Shown one piece after another: positions 1-10,910 of a DNA stretch of 64,000 nucleotides. Made by a program: the position numbers and the translations under genes. Origin of the DNA: an uncultured delta proteobacterium. Its GTDB lineage: Bacteria; Myxococcota_A; UBA9160; SMWR01. Under the pieces are notes generated by a model. The model did not search any database. It was given only the letters and a program-made list of their open reading frames with translations, and was not told the DNA's origin. The stretch spans positions 263,052 to 327,051 of the forward strand of contig CAWAXD010000024.1 in assembly GCA_963785985.1 (NCBI GenBank), read 5' to 3'. Position 1 is the first letter of the stretch. Every line of letters starts with the position of its first letter.

Positions 1-514
1 CGGCGGCGGCTCGACCACGAACAGGATCGCGCCGGCTTCGACCGTCTGGCCTTCGACGACCACGATCTCCTTGACGACGCCGTCGATCGGCGACGGGATC
101 TCGTTCTCCATCTTCATTGCCTCGACGATCACGATGCCCTGGCGCTCGCGCACCTCGGCGCCGGCGGCGACGCTCAGCTTCACGATCTTGCCCGGCATCT
201 CCGCCAGCACCGTCTGCGGACCCGTGGCGACGACCGCGGCGGAGCTCGCGAGCAGCTTGCTGCGCTCGTCGATCGCCTCGAGGTGGAAGATCCGCCCGCC
301 GACGAGCACGTCGAAGCCGTGGGCTCCCTTCTCATCGACCATGACCTCGAACTGCTGGCCGTCTTCGATGACCGAGTAGATGTTGGGCCGCTCTGCGCAC
401 CGCATCGACGTGCACGGTCTTGCCGTCGATCGTGACTTCGTAGAGCCCTTCGCCCGACTCGCGCAGCTCGACGCGTACGCTCGGGCCCTTCTTCTCGCTG
501 ACCTCGTAGTTCAC
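1..514 (-). pseudogene. Biotin-carrier (BCCP-like) subunit of an acyl-CoA carboxylase. The C-terminus runs off the window and there is one apparent 1-nt frameshift near 395-405.
   Basis: GTG at 514 overlaps the TGA at 511-513 and opens MNYEVSEKKGPSVRVELRESGEGLYEVTIDGKTVHVDAV. After a 1-nt shift the reading continues AERPNIYSVIEDGQQFEV...LAEMPGKIVKLSVAAGAEVRERQGIVIVEAMKMENEIPSPIDGVVKEI, which contains the biotinyl-lysine motif EAMKME. Confidence 0.8.
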
Positions 515-2045
515 CGCAGGCCTCCGCGCAGCTGGCGCGCCGCCCGGCCTGCTTCCACGGGTCGCCGGCGATGCCGCCGCTCGTCACCGCCTGCGCGCGC
601 GCCGCCTGCTCCTTGTCGCGGCGGTAGGCCGCGATCGCGGCGAGCATCAGCGCCACCCGCCGGGCCTCCGTCGTCTCCTCGCCCTCGTCCGCGCTCGCGC
701 CCTTGCCGCCGTCCATGTGCTCGTCGATGAAGCCCGTGTCGTAGCGCCCGTCGAGGAACACCGGATGCCGCACCACCCGCTGGTGGAAGGGGATCGACGT
801 CTTGATGCCCTTCACCACGAACTCGGCGAGCGCGCGGCGCAGGCGGTCGATCGCCTCGATGCGATCGGCGCCCCACACGACGAGCTTCGCCACCATCGGG
901 TCGTAGATCACGGTGACGGTGGCGCCCTGGTACACGCCGCTGTCGACGCGCACGCCGATACCGTCTGCGGGCCGATAGACCTTCACGACGCCGGGAGACG
1001 GCGCGAAGTTCGCGTCGGGATCCTCGGCGTAGACGCGCGCTTCGATCGCATGCCCGTTGATCGAGAGATCGGTCTGCGCGAAGCCGAGCGGCTCACCGGC
1101 GGCGGCGCGGATCATCGCCTTCACGATGTCGATTCCGGTGATCGCTTCGGTGATCGCGTGCTCGACCTGGACGCGGGTGTTCATCTCGAGGAAGTAGAAG
1201 TGGTCGTTGCGGTCGACGAGGAACTCGCAGGTGCCGGCGCCCACGTAGTTCACCGCGCGCGCGGCCGCGACCGCCGCCAGGCCCATGCGCTCGCGCAGCG
1301 GCTGCGAGATGCCGTTGCCCGGCGCCTCCTCGATCACCTTCTGATGCCGGCGCTGGATCGAACACTCGCGCTCGAACAGATGCACGACGTTGCCGTGGCG
1401 GTCCGCCAGGATCTGGATCTCGATGTGGCGCGGCTGCTCGACGAACTTCTCGACGTAGAGACCGTCGTCGCCGAAGGACGAGCGCGCCTCGCCGCGCGCC
1501 CGGGCGACGGCCTGCGCGATCTCGCTCTCGTTGCGCACCAGCCGCATGCCCTTGCCGCCGCCGCCGGCGCTCGCCTTGATCATGACGGGCGGCCCGGTCT
1601 CGCGGATCCAATGCCCGATCTCTTCGTCGCTGAGCCGCTCCGTCGTGCCCGGAACGATCGGCACGCCGGCCCGCTGCATCGTCTGGCGCGCCGTGACCTT
1701 GTCGCCCATCGCGCGCATCACGTCGCCCGACGGCCCGATGAAGACGATGCCCTCGTCGCGACACAGATCGGAGAAGTCTCCGTTCTCCGCCAGGAAGCCG
1801 TAGCCGGGATGGATCGCCTCGGCGCCGGCGCGCCGGGCGATCTCGATCACGCGCTCCTTCACGAGGTAGGACTCGCGCGAGGGCGGCGGCCCGCAGTGAT
1901 AGGCCTCGTCGGAGAAGCGCACGTGCAGCGCGTCGCGATCGACGTCGGAGTAGATGGCGACCGTCTTCACGCCGAGCTCTCGGCAGGCGCGAATCACGCG
2001 CACGGCGATCTCTCCGCGATTCGCGATCAGGATCTTCTTGAACAT
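511..2045 (-). CDS. accC: Biotin carboxylase subunit of acetyl/propionyl-CoA carboxylase. The extreme C-terminus is ambiguous: the only nearby stop (TGA 511-513) is in another frame.
   Basis: MFKKILIANRGEIAVRVIRACRELG..., ATP-grasp loop KASAGGGGKGMR, EMNTRVQVEH. It lies inside the 1180-aa read-through ORF 180..3722. The frame has no stop until 180, whereas the shifted frame ends ...RQLRGGLR* at 511. Confidence 0.88.
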
Positions 2046-2053
2046 GGGTCGAC

Positions 2054-3604
2054 CTACAGCGGGATGTTGCCGTGCTTCTTGGGAGGGTTGACGTCGCGCT
2101 TCGTCGCCAGCATCTCGAGCGCCCGGATGATGCGAGGCCGCGTCTCCTCGGGCCGGATCACCTCGTCGATGTAGCCGAGCTCGGCGGCCTTGTACGGGTT
2201 CGCGAAGTTCTCGCGGTAGGAGGCTTCGAGCTCCACGCGCTTCGCCGCCGGATCGCGCGCGCCCTTGAGCTCGTTGCGGAACACGATGTTGACGGCGCCG
2301 TCCGGCCCCATCACGGCGAGCTCCGCCGTCGGGTAGGCGAGATTGACGTCGGCGCGCGTGTGCTTGCTGCTCATCACGACGTAGGCGCCGCCGTAGGCCT
2401 TGCGCGTGATGATCGTGACGCGCGGCACCGTGGCCTCGCAGAAGGCGTAGAGCAGCTTCGCACCGTGCTTGATGATGCCGCCGTGCTCCTGGTCGACGCC
2501 GGGCAGGAAGCCGGGGACGTCGACGAAGGTGATGATGGGCAGGTTGAAGGCGTCGCAGAAACGCACGAAGCGCGCACCCTTCTTCGAAGCGTCGATGTCG
2601 AGCACGCCGGCCCGGTGCGCGGGCTGGTTCGCGACGATCCCGACCGAGCGCCCGCCGAAGCGGCCGAAGCCCACGACCATGTTCTTGCCGTAGAGCGGGC
2701 CGACCTCGAAGAAATTCGTGTCGTCGACCACCAGCTTGATCAAATCCTTGATGTCGTAGGGCTTGTTCGCGCTGTCGGGCACCAGCGTGCGCAGCGCCGG
2801 GTCCATGCGGTCCGACGGGTCCTCCGTCGGCACGAAGGGCGGATCCTCGAGGTTGTTCTGGGGGATGAAGGAGAGCAGATTGCGGATGATCTGGATGCAA
2901 TGCTCTTCGTTGTTCGCCGCGAAATCCGCGACGCTCGACTTCGAGGCGTGGGTGACCGCGCCTCCCAGGTCCTCGGCCGTCACCTCCTCGTGCGTGACGG
3001 TCTTGATCACCTCGGGTCCGGTGATCATCATGTTGCTCGTGTTCTTCACCATGATGATGAAGTCGGTCATGGCGGGCGAGTAGACGGCGCCGCCAGCGCA
3101 GGGGCCCATGATCGCCGAGATCTGCGGGATCACGCCGGACGCGAGCACGTTGCGCAGGAACACGTCGCCGTAGCCGCCGAGCGAGACGACGCCTTCTTGA
3201 ATGCGCGCGCCGGCCCCGTCGTTGAGCCCGATGAACGGCGCCCCGACCTTCGCGGCGAGATCCATGACCTTGCAGATCTTCTCGGCGAAGGCGCCCGACA
3301 GGCTCCCGCCGAACACGGTGAAATCCTGCGCGAAGCAGAAGACCTGGCGGCCGGCAATTTTCCCATAGCCGGTGATCACGCCGTCGCCGAGGACCTTCTG
3401 CTCCTGCATCCCGAAATCCGTGCAGCGGTGCGTCACGAATTTGTCGATCTCGACGAAGCTGCCGGGATCGAACAGCAGCTCGATGCGCTCGCGCGCCGTC
3501 AGCTTGCCCGCGGCGTGCTGGCGCTCGATACGCGCGGCGCCGCCGCCCAGCACCGCCTTCTCGTTCATCTCTTCGAGCTTCTTGATCTTTTCTTCGACGG
3601 ACAT
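2054..3604 (-). CDS. Acyl-CoA carboxylase carboxyltransferase (propionyl-CoA carboxylase beta / methylmalonyl-CoA carboxyltransferase 12S family)
   Basis: [22 protein letters not shown]...[18 protein letters not shown]...[10 protein letters not shown]...[46 protein letters not shown]. Internal ATG at 3604 of ORF 2054..4798. Confidence 0.92.
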   Translation of the reverse strand: MSVEEKIKKLEEMNEKAVLGGGAARIERQHAAGKLTARERIELLFDPGSFVEIDKFVTHRCTDFGMQEQKVLGDGVITGYGKIAGRQVFCFAQDFTVFGGSLSGAFAEKICKVMDLAAKVGAPFIGLNDGAGARIQEGVVSLGGYGDVFLRNVLASGVIPQISAIMGPCAGGAVYSPAMTDFIIMVKNTSNMMITGPEVIKTVTHEEVTAEDLGGAVTHASKSSVADFAANNEEHCIQIIRNLLSFIPQNNLEDPPFVPTEDPSDRMDPALRTLVPDSANKPYDIKDLIKLVVDDTNFFEVGPLYGKNMVVGFGRFGGRSVGIVANQPAHRAGVLDIDASKKGARFVRFCDAFNLPIITFVDVPGFLPGVDQEHGGIIKHGAKLLYAFCEATVPRVTIITRKAYGGAYVVMSSKHTRADVNLAYPTAELAVMGPDGAVNIVFRNELKGARDPAAKRVELEASYRENFANPYKAAELGYIDEVIRPEETRPRIIRALEMLATKRDVNPPKKHGNIPL

Positions 3605-3642
3605 CGAGCGGGATCCTCGCGGCTGGCTGGACGGATGAAGGT

Positions 3643-4929
3643 CTAGAGATTCGCGAGCACGCCGACGGTCTGCTCCAGACGCTTGGCGTACTCCACGCCG
3701 TCGATCTTGCGGCGCGCGACACCGCTGTCCATCGCCGCCTGGGCGACGGCGGGAGCGACGTAGGTGAGGATTCGCGGATCGAACGGCTTGGGAAGGATGT
3801 ACTCGCGGCCGAAATCGAAGATGTCGTGCGGGTACGCCGCGCGCACCGCCAGCGGCACGCCTTCCCCGCGGCGAGCGAGCTCCGCGAGCGCGTGGACCGC
3901 GGCGAGCTTCATCGGCTCGTTGATGCGTCTCGCGCGCACGTCGAGCGCGCCGCGGAAGATGAACGGAAAGCCGAGTACGTTGTTCACCTGGTTCGGATAG
4001 TCCGAGCGTCCGGTCGCCATGATCACGTCGTCGCGCACCTGGCGCACGGCGGCCGGAGTGATCTCGGGGTCCGGGTTGGCCATGGCGAAAATCACGGGAT
4101 TCGGCGCCATGCTCTTCACCATCTCGGGCGTCAGCAGGCCCGCCTGCGAGACACCGACGAAGACGTCGGCGCCGCGCAGCGCGTCGGCGAGCGTGCGCGC
4201 CGGTGTCGCGCGCAGGAACTCCGCCTTCTCGGCGGTGACGCTCCCGCGCCGTCCTTCGTGCAACACGCCGCGCGTATCGCACAGCAGCATGTTCTCGGGC
4301 ATCACGCCGATGTCCCGATACAGCCGCGCGCAACCGATGCCCGCGGCGCCTGCGCCGCAGAACACCACGCGCGTGCTCGCAATGTCGCGGCGCGTGATCA
4401 GCAGCGCGTTGATCAGCGCGGCGCCCGAGATGATCGCGGTGCCGTGCTGATCGTCGTGGAACACCGGGATGTCGAGCAGCTCGATCAAGCGGCGCTCGAC
4501 CGTGAAGCACTCCGGCGCGCGGATGTCTTCCAGGTTGATGCCGCCGAAGGTCGGCGAGATGAGCTGGACGGTGCGGACGATGTCGTCGATGTTCTCGCTG
4601 TCGATCTCGATGTCGAAAACGTCGATGTCGGCGAAGCGCTTGAACAGCACGGCCTTGCCTTCCATGACGGGTTTTCCCGCCAGCGGGCCGAGGTTGCCGA
4701 GCCCGAGCACGGCCGTGCCGTTGCTGACGACGGCGACGAGGTTCGCCTTCGCCGTGTACTTGTAGACCTCTTCCGGGTCGCGGGCGATTTCGCGACACGG
4801 CTCCGCCACCCCTGGGGTGTAGGCCATCGACAGGTCCACTTGCGTCACCGTGGGCTTGGTGGGAACGATCTTGATCTTCCCGGGTCGGCCCTCCGAGTGG
4901 TAACGAAGGGCCTGCTCTCGCGTGATCAC
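3643..4929 (-). CDS. NAD(P)-dependent malic enzyme (short form, no PTA-like domain)
   Basis: [26 protein letters not shown]...[13 protein letters not shown]...[15 protein letters not shown]...[15 protein letters not shown]...[11 protein letters not shown]...GAGAAG. Confidence 0.92.
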   Translation of the reverse strand: MITREQALRYHSEGRPGKIKIVPTKPTVTQVDLSMAYTPGVAEPCREIARDPEEVYKYTAKANLVAVVSNGTAVLGLGNLGPLAGKPVMEGKAVLFKRFADIDVFDIEIDSENIDDIVRTVQLISPTFGGINLEDIRAPECFTVERRLIELLDIPVFHDDQHGTAIISGAALINALLITRRDIASTRVVFCGAGAAGIGCARLYRDIGVMPENMLLCDTRGVLHEGRRGSVTAEKAEFLRATPARTLADALRGADVFVGVSQAGLLTPEMVKSMAPNPVIFAMANPDPEITPAAVRQVRDDVIMATGRSDYPNQVNNVLGFPFIFRGALDVRARRINEPMKLAAVHALAELARRGEGVPLAVRAAYPHDIFDFGREYILPKPFDPRILTYVAPAVAQAAMDSGVARRKIDGVEYAKRLEQTVGVLANL

Positions 4930-4957
4930 GTGACGTCCTCGAGCGCGTCGGATCCGG

Positions 4958-4998
4958 GCGCAGCCCGGCGGCGGCGAGCGCAGGAGTCTATCAGAACC
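4958..4998. repeat. Degenerate copy of the GC-rich intergenic repeat family (see 32559..32795)
   Basis: gcgcagcccggcggcggcgagcgcaggagtctatcagaacc aligns by eye to the unit gcgcagcgagccgcaggcgagcggagtcccagaacc. It is intergenic between the acyl-CoA dehydrogenase and malic enzyme genes. Confidence 0.4.
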
Positions 4999-5048
4999 GG
5001 GGCCCGACCGCCGCGCGGAAATCCGCGCAGTTCCGGAGGGTTAGAGAG

Positions 5049-6185
5049 CTAGCGCAGCAGCTCGCGGGCGATCACGAGGCGCTGGATCTGGTTCGTGCCC
5101 TCGTAGATCTGCATCAGCTTGGCGTCGCGCATCAGCTTCTCGACGGGGTAGTCGCGGGTATAGCCGTTGCCGCCGAAGATCTGCACCGCGTCGGTCGTGA
5201 CGCGCATCGCCGCATCCGTCGCGAAGCACTTCGCCATCGAAGAATGCTTCGACGCGCGCAGCCCGCCATCCACCATCCACGCGCTCTGGAGCGTGAGCAG
5301 GCGCGCGGCCTCGATGTCCTTCGCCATGTCGGCGAGCAGGAACTGCACGGCCTGGAAGCTCGCGATCGCGGTCCCGAAGGCCTTGCGCTCCGCCGCATAT
5401 TTCGTGGCCTCGTCGAGCGCGCGCTGGGCGATGCCCGTCGCGAGCGAGGCGATCGGCGGGCGCGAGCGGTCGAGCGTCGCCATCGCGATCTTGAAGCCCT
5501 CACCCTCGGCGCCCAGGCGCTGCGCCGCCGGGACGCGCACACCATCGAATTCGAGCGCGCGGGTATCGCTCGCCCGCTGGCCCATCTTGTCTTCCTTCTT
5601 TCCGCGCGTGATGCCGGGCGTGTTCGCGGGGACGATGAAGGCGCAGATCCCGCGGTGCCGGCTGCGCCGGTCGAGCGTCGCGAACACGGTGAACAGATCC
5701 GCTTCGCCGCCATTGGTGATCCAGCACTTGCTCCCGCGCAGCAGATAATCCGAGCCGTCCTTCTCCGCGAGCAGCTGGAGGCCTGCGACGTCGGAGCCGG
5801 CGGCGGGCTCGGACAGGCAGAAGGAGACGAGCGAGAAGCGCTCGGCGCAGGGCCGCAGCCAGGCTTGCTTCTGCTCGGGAGTGCCGGCCACCAGGATCGG
5901 CGTCAGCCCCAGGTCGTTGCACATCACGGAGGTCGCGATCCCGGCGCAGCCCCAGGCGATCTCCTCGGTGACCAGACAGCTGTCGACCGACGACAAGCCG
6001 ACGCCCCCGTACTCCGGCGGGATCACGGTGCTCGAGAGCCCGAGCTCCCACGCCTTGCGGATCACCTCGCGGGGAAACTCGCCGGTGCGGTCGTGCTCGG
6101 CGGCGATCGGCGCCACCTGCTCGCGCGCGAAGCGGCGTGCGGTCGTCTGGAGCGCGAGCTGTTCGTCGCTGAGACCGAAGTCCAT
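5049..6185 (-). CDS. Acyl-CoA dehydrogenase (short/medium-chain type)
   Basis: [26 protein letters not shown]...LSEPAAGSD...[13 protein letters not shown]...[17 protein letters not shown]. Confidence 0.92.
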   Translation of the reverse strand: MDFGLSDEQLALQTTARRFAREQVAPIAAEHDRTGEFPREVIRKAWELGLSSTVIPPEYGGVGLSSVDSCLVTEEIAWGCAGIATSVMCNDLGLTPILVAGTPEQKQAWLRPCAERFSLVSFCLSEPAAGSDVAGLQLLAEKDGSDYLLRGSKCWITNGGEADLFTVFATLDRRSRHRGICAFIVPANTPGITRGKKEDKMGQRASDTRALEFDGVRVPAAQRLGAEGEGFKIAMATLDRSRPPIASLATGIAQRALDEATKYAAERKAFGTAIASFQAVQFLLADMAKDIEAARLLTLQSAWMVDGGLRASKHSSMAKCFATDAAMRVTTDAVQIFGGNGYTRDYPVEKLMRDAKLMQIYEGTNQIQRLVIARELLR

Positions 6186-6215
6186 GACCGACCCCGCGGG
6201 AGTGGGAGCAAGCGA

Positions 6216-7007
6216 TCAGGCGCCCGTGTAACCCAGCTCGCGCGAGAGCGCCTCGGCGGCCCCGATCACGGCCGGCACTGCGCTGCGCAGCAGGCGCTCT
6301 TCGCCGAGACGGAATGCGGGGCCCGAGACCGAGAGAGCGGCGATCATGCGGCCGCTCGCGTCGTGCACGGGAGCGGCGGCGCAGCACAGCCCCGCGTCGC
6401 ACTCTTCGAGATCGAGCGCGAAGCCGGCGCCCGCCGCCGTGCGCACGTGCTCGAAGAATTTGTCGCGATCGACGATGGTGTTCGGCGTGCGCGCGACGAG
6501 GCCGCCCGCTCCCGTCGTGGCGCGATCGTAAGCCTCTCGAACGTTTTCGGGCGAGCCGCCGAGCAGGATCTTGCCGAGCGCCGTGCAGTGGAGGGGAAGC
6601 CGACGCCCCACACGCAGCCCCGTCTGCACGAGCTGCTCCGACTGCGCGCCGTCGAGGTGAACCACGTCGAAGTCGCGCAACGTCGCGAGGTGCGTCGTCT
6701 CCTCGAGCTTCGTCGCGAGCGCTTCGAGAACGGAACGCGCGCGTCGCAGCAGCGTGCGCCCGCGCAAGAACGCCTGGCCGAGCTCGAGACTCTCTACGCC
6801 GAGCCGATAGCGGTCGCTGGCGGCGCTCTGCTCGATGTAACCCTGCTGCTCGAGCGTCGCGAGCAGGCGGAAGACGTTGTTCTTGTGGAGCGAAAGCCGA
6901 CGCGAGAGCTCCGTGACGCCAAGCTCTTCTTCGTCGCGGAACGCTTCCAGCAGGCGCATGGCGTTGACGACGGTCTGGATCGCGTAGTCGCCCTTCGGCT
7001 TCTTCAT
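6216..7007 (-). CDS. IclR-family transcriptional regulator
   Basis: Internal ATG at 7007: MKKPKGDYAIQTVVNAMRLLEAFRDEEELGVTELSRRLSLHKNNVFRLLATLEQQGYIEQ (wHTH), followed by an IclR effector domain ...LHCTALGKILL... Confidence 0.88.
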   Translation of the reverse strand: MKKPKGDYAIQTVVNAMRLLEAFRDEEELGVTELSRRLSLHKNNVFRLLATLEQQGYIEQSAASDRYRLGVESLELGQAFLRGRTLLRRARSVLEALATKLEETTHLATLRDFDVVHLDGAQSEQLVQTGLRVGRRLPLHCTALGKILLGGSPENVREAYDRATTGAGGLVARTPNTIVDRDKFFEHVRTAAGAGFALDLEECDAGLCCAAAPVHDASGRMIAALSVSGPAFRLGEERLLRSAVPAVIGAAEALSRELGYTGA

Positions 7008-7362
7008 CGGCCTGGGTCTCCAAACCCTCAGCCCGCCAACGAAGGACTCGCGGGCGACTCGGGGGGCGGGGGGATCCGCCGAGTCGACCCTTTCTCGTCG
7101 CACTCTACTCGCTCTGGTCGCGCTTCTTTTATTTTCTTCGCTCGATCGGCGTTCTCGGCACACTCGATGCAACGCGGCCGCGCTTCGCTCGACTCCAATC
7201 ACGCTTGCGACGTTACGAATGGGACGGCGCTTTCTATCGCACTCGAGAGAGGGGTGTCAAGAATTCTGCGCAACTTTGCAGCGCCGCAACCTCATCGTCA
7301 CACTCTCGTGTACGACGTGATGCGACCGACGTCACCGACGGAAAACACGAATCCGAGCTGGA

Positions 7363-7878
7363 TCAGATGGGACCGGCGCCGTCCTGCGTTGCGCGGCTTT
7401 CGCCTTCGCTCGCGAGCAGCTCGAGGATCAGCAGCCCGACGCCGATCACGATGAAGCTGTCGGCGAAGTTGAAATCGGGCCAGGAGTAGCCGCCCCACAG
7501 GCGAAAGTGGAGGAAATCGACGACCTCGCCACGCAAGACGCGATCGATGAGGTTGCCGACGGCGCCGCCGAGGATGCATCCGAGCGCGAGTGCAGAGAGC
7601 CGATCCCCGGGGGCGAGCTTGTGGAAGAACGACAGCACGATGCCGATCGCGACGAGCGAGATCGAAATGAAGAAGGTGAGCCGGATCTCCGGCGGACCAT
7701 CGGCGAACAGACCGAATGCGGCGCCCGGGTTGCGCACGTGCGTGAGGTAGAAGAACCCCTCGATCATCGGGACGCGATCCGCATAGGTCATGTTCTGATC
7801 GACGAGGATCTTCGAAACCTGATCGAGCCCGAGGCTGCCCAGGAAGGCGCACCAACCAACGAGCATTTTGGGCGTCAT
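7363..7878 (-). CDS. lspA: Lipoprotein signal peptidase (signal peptidase II)
   Basis: MTPKMLVGWCAFLGSLGLDQVSK...NPGAAFG...GGAVGNLIDR...VVDF...WPDFNFADSFI. ATG at 7878 preferred over the ORF start at 7902. Confidence 0.88.
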   Translation of the reverse strand: MTPKMLVGWCAFLGSLGLDQVSKILVDQNMTYADRVPMIEGFFYLTHVRNPGAAFGLFADGPPEIRLTFFISISLVAIGIVLSFFHKLAPGDRLSALALGCILGGAVGNLIDRVLRGEVVDFLHFRLWGGYSWPDFNFADSFIVIGVGLLILELLASEGESRATQDGAGPI

Positions 7879-7978
7879 GCGGCGTTGCAACCTATCACAC
7901 ACGTCCCGCAGGGGCGAGCAAAGCGAACGTCGTGCGAAGTGCGGCGCGAGACGCCCGTCGCGGCGGGCGCGAGTCCCC

Positions 7979-8494
7979 TCAGCGCAGCTCCGCTGCGCTC
8001 AGCTCGCCGTCACCCCACACCGTCGGAGCCAGCTCCGAAGCGCGCGCGAGCAGCGCGCGCGCGCCGGATGCATCGCCGTTTGCGCGCAGCGCGCCGCCGC
8101 GCAATCCGACGAGATGTGGCTCGACCCGGGGGGACCGGAGATGCTCGGAGCCGAGCAGCAACTCGGCCTGCTCGAGATCCTCGAGCGCCGTCGCGCCATC
8201 GCCGCTCTCGACCGCCTGGCGGGCGAGCGCGAGATACGCGAACGGATTGTTCACATCGACCTGGAGCGCGCGCTCGTAGCTCGTGCGCGCGAGCCGCTCT
8301 TGTCCCTTCGAGTCGTAGCCAAGACCCTCGAGCACGAGCCGCTGCGACGCGCGCCGCGCAGCGTCCCCCTCGCCGGCGATTTCGTGCAGACGCAGCGGCG
8401 CCACCGGCGCGGGCGCAAAGATCGGCACGCGCGCGCAACCCACGAGCAGCGCGAGCGCAGCACAGCCGGCCACGAGCGGACGCGCGCGCCTCAC
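7979..8494 (-). CDS. Lipoprotein with TPR-like repeats, function unknown
   Basis: Signal peptide plus lipobox MRRARPLVAGCAALALLVGC. TPR-like helices (YERALQVDVNNPFAYLALARQAVESGD). A 4-nt overlap couples it to the upstream PBP1A gene. Confidence 0.65.
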   Translation of the reverse strand: MRRARPLVAGCAALALLVGCARVPIFAPAPVAPLRLHEIAGEGDAARRASQRLVLEGLGYDSKGQERLARTSYERALQVDVNNPFAYLALARQAVESGDGATALEDLEQAELLLGSEHLRSPRVEPHLVGLRGGALRANGDASGARALLARASELAPTVWGDGELSAAELR

Positions 8495-10908
8495 AAGTGC
8501 CGCTTGAGCCAGCGGAAGAACTCCCCGCCCCCATCGGACTCGCGGTCGGGCGGACGCTCCGCCACGCCGCCGCCCGGCGTCTGCTCCCTGACGCCTGCCT
8601 CACCGCAGATGCTCGTTGGCTGTGTGCCTGCCAGGAAGATCTCGCTCTGCCGGGCCGGGCAGTCGGCGAGCGCGAGCGAGCGCGTCACGGGATCGATCTC
8701 GATCTCCTCGACACCCGGCGGGCGCGGGAAGCGGCCGCGGATCTCGCCTCCGGTCATGTCCTGCACGAAGCGCCGCCAGATCGGAAGCGCTCCGACGGCG
8801 CTCGGAATCTTGAGGCTGCGCGGCTCGTCGAAGCCGATCCACACGACGACCACGAGCTCCGGCGTGTAGCCGACGAGCCACAGGTCCTGCTCGCTGTTGG
8901 TCGTGCCCGTCTTCGCGGCGATCGGCCCACGCAAGCCGTCCGTGTGCAGCGCCGCTGCGGTGCCGTGTTCGGCGACGCCCTCCAGCAGCGAGGTCACGAG
9001 GTACGCCGTGCCGGCATCGATGACGCGCTCGAAACGCAGCTTGCGACGATCGAGCGTGCGCCCCTGCGCGTCGATCAGATCCTCGATCGACTGCAGCTCG
9101 GGGCGGACGCCTCCGCTCGCGAACGTCGCGTAGGCGCGCGCCATTTCGATCGGCGCGACCGAGGCTGCGCCGAGCGCGAGACTCGGCACGATCGGCAGCG
9201 GAGACTGGATGCCGGCGCGCCGCGCGATGTCGGCCACGCGCTGCACACCGACATCCCTCGCCAGCCGCGCCGTCGCGATGTTGAGCGATTTCTCGATCGC
9301 GGTGCGCACCGTGACCATTCCGTGCGAGATCTTGTCGTAATTTTCCGGCCGCCACGGTCCGCTCGGCGTCGCGATCTCGAGCGGTGAGTCGTCGAGCAGA
9401 TTCGCCAGCGTGATCGAGGGCGCCCCGTTCAAGGGCTCGAGCGCCGCGGCGTACACGAAGGGCTTGAATGCGCTCCCGGTCTGACGCCGCGCCTGCGTGC
9501 AGCGATCGAACTGCGAGGTGGCGTAGTCGCGTCCCCCCACCAGCGCGAGCAGCTCGCCGGTCTGCGGACGCAGGGCCACGAGACAGCCCTGCAGCGAGCG
9601 CCCGGGCTGCGTGGAGCGCAGACGCGGGTAGCGATTCTCGAGATCCGCCAGACCCTCGCGCAGCGCGATCGCGGCCAGGCGCTGCGCGCGGCGATCGAGC
9701 GTCGAATAGATCCGCAGCCCCTCGGTCTCGAGCACGCTCTCGTCATAGACGTCCGAGAGCTGGCGGCGCAGCAGGTCGAGAAAGTACCGGGCGTCGCCCG
9801 GATCGGGCGTCAGCGCGGCGAGACGCAGCGGCTCGGCCTTCGCCTTGACGTGGTCCTCGCGGCTGAGCCTCCCCTGCTCCTCCATCATGTCGAGCACGAG
9901 ATTGCGGCGCCGGAGCGCGCGCTCGGGCTCGCGATAGGGCGAGAGTCCGTTCGGGCTGTGGATCACGGCGGCGAGCAGCGCCGACTCGGCGATATCGAGC
10001 TCGCGGGCGCTCTTGCCGAAGAAGACGTGCGCCGCTTCGCCGACGCCATGGATCGCCGTCGGCCCGCGCTGCCCGAGATAGATCTCGTTCAGGTAGGTCT
10101 CGAGGATCTCGTGCTTGTCGTAACGAGCCTCGACGATCATCGCCATCGCGGCTTCCTGGAACTTGCGCTTGAACGTGCGGTCGGGAGTCAGCAAGAAGTT
10201 CTTGACGAGCTGTTGGGTCACGGTGCTGCCGCCCTGACGCACCTCGCCGGCTCGCAGGTTCGCGAGCAGCGCGCCCGCGATGCGGCGCAGATCGATGCCG
10301 CGATGCTCCTCGAAACGCTGGTCCTCGACGGCGAGGACCGCGGCGACGAGGTGCGGCGGCAGTTGATCGAGCTTCACGAGCTCGCGCTGCTCGCGGTTCA
10401 AGCCGTAATAGGCGCCGATCGGCTCCGGCTCGAGCAACACCGCGCCGAGCTCGCGGCCGCTCGGCAGCTCCCGGATCTCCTCGATCAGATTGCCGTCGAG
10501 CCGCAGCACCACGTCGCGCGCCGGCTCGGAACGCGTCGGATGCTCGAAGGCCTGGAGGTAGATGCGGGCGCGGCTCGCTCCCCAGATGTACTCGCCCGGC
10601 TCGAGCCGGCCGGGAGCCGCGGCCTCGCGGAAGCCCAGACGCGCGAGCGTCCCGCGCAGATCGACGAGCTTCCAATCCAGGCCCGGATACAGGATGGCCG
10701 GAGTCGAGAAGACCCGCGAAGGGATCGAGAAGCGCCGGCCGTCGAAGCGTGCGCGCACGCTGCGGTCGAGGCTCAGGAGATAGCCCGCGGCGACGAAGCC
10801 CACGACGAACGCGCTGCCGGCAATCGCGAGCCCGAGCACGCGCAGCAGCTGGCGCGCGCCCTGCGCGCCGCCCGGCTTGCGCGAGGTGCGCGGCTTGGGT
10901 CGGGCCAC
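8491..10908 (-). CDS. mrcA: Penicillin-binding protein 1A (bifunctional transglycosylase/transpeptidase)
   Basis: The GTG at 10908 lies 2 nt after the TAG of the upstream gene. GT51 motifs: AVEDQRFEEHRGID, RQGGSTVTQQLVKN, EARYDKHEILETYLNEIYLG. Transpeptidase motifs: SAFKPF, KTGTTN. Confidence 0.9.
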   Translation of the reverse strand: MARPKPRTSRKPGGAQGARQLLRVLGLAIAGSAFVVGFVAAGYLLSLDRSVRARFDGRRFSIPSRVFSTPAILYPGLDWKLVDLRGTLARLGFREAAAPGRLEPGEYIWGASRARIYLQAFEHPTRSEPARDVVLRLDGNLIEEIRELPSGRELGAVLLEPEPIGAYYGLNREQRELVKLDQLPPHLVAAVLAVEDQRFEEHRGIDLRRIAGALLANLRAGEVRQGGSTVTQQLVKNFLLTPDRTFKRKFQEAAMAMIVEARYDKHEILETYLNEIYLGQRGPTAIHGVGEAAHVFFGKSARELDIAESALLAAVIHSPNGLSPYREPERALRRRNLVLDMMEEQGRLSREDHVKAKAEPLRLAALTPDPGDARYFLDLLRRQLSDVYDESVLETEGLRIYSTLDRRAQRLAAIALREGLADLENRYPRLRSTQPGRSLQGCLVALRPQTGELLALVGGRDYATSQFDRCTQARRQTGSAFKPFVYAAALEPLNGAPSITLANLLDDSPLEIATPSGPWRPENYDKISHGMVTVRTAIEKSLNIATARLARDVGVQRVADIARRAGIQSPLPIVPSLALGAASVAPIEMARAYATFASGGVRPELQSIEDLIDAQGRTLDRRKLRFERVIDAGTAYLVTSLLEGVAEHGTAAALHTDGLRGPIAAKTGTTNSEQDLWLVGYTPELVVVVWIGFDEPRSLKIPSAVGALPIWRRFVQDMTGGEIRGRFPRPPGVEEIEIDPVTRSLALADCPARQSEIFLAGTQPTSICGEAGVREQTPGGGVAERPPDRESDGGGEFFRWLKRHL

Positions 10909-10910
10909 GG

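Noticed and set aside
180-3722. 1180-aa ORF that looks like a giant carboxylase
   Set aside because: Only residues from MFKKILIANRGE (start 2045) to about 511 are biotin carboxylase. The N-terminal 560 aa are the antisense shadow of the carboxyltransferase gene, and the C-terminal tail is read-through caused by a frame error.
5244-7454. 736-aa plus-strand ORF, and similar long ORFs (for example 7507..9387, 17800..20117, 29608..31263, 40615..42549, 47614..49551, 62442..63983)
   Set aside because: Each lies opposite or out of frame with a gene that has clear family motifs. Their translations are dominated by R/A/G/P runs, with no conserved motifs and no sensible start context.
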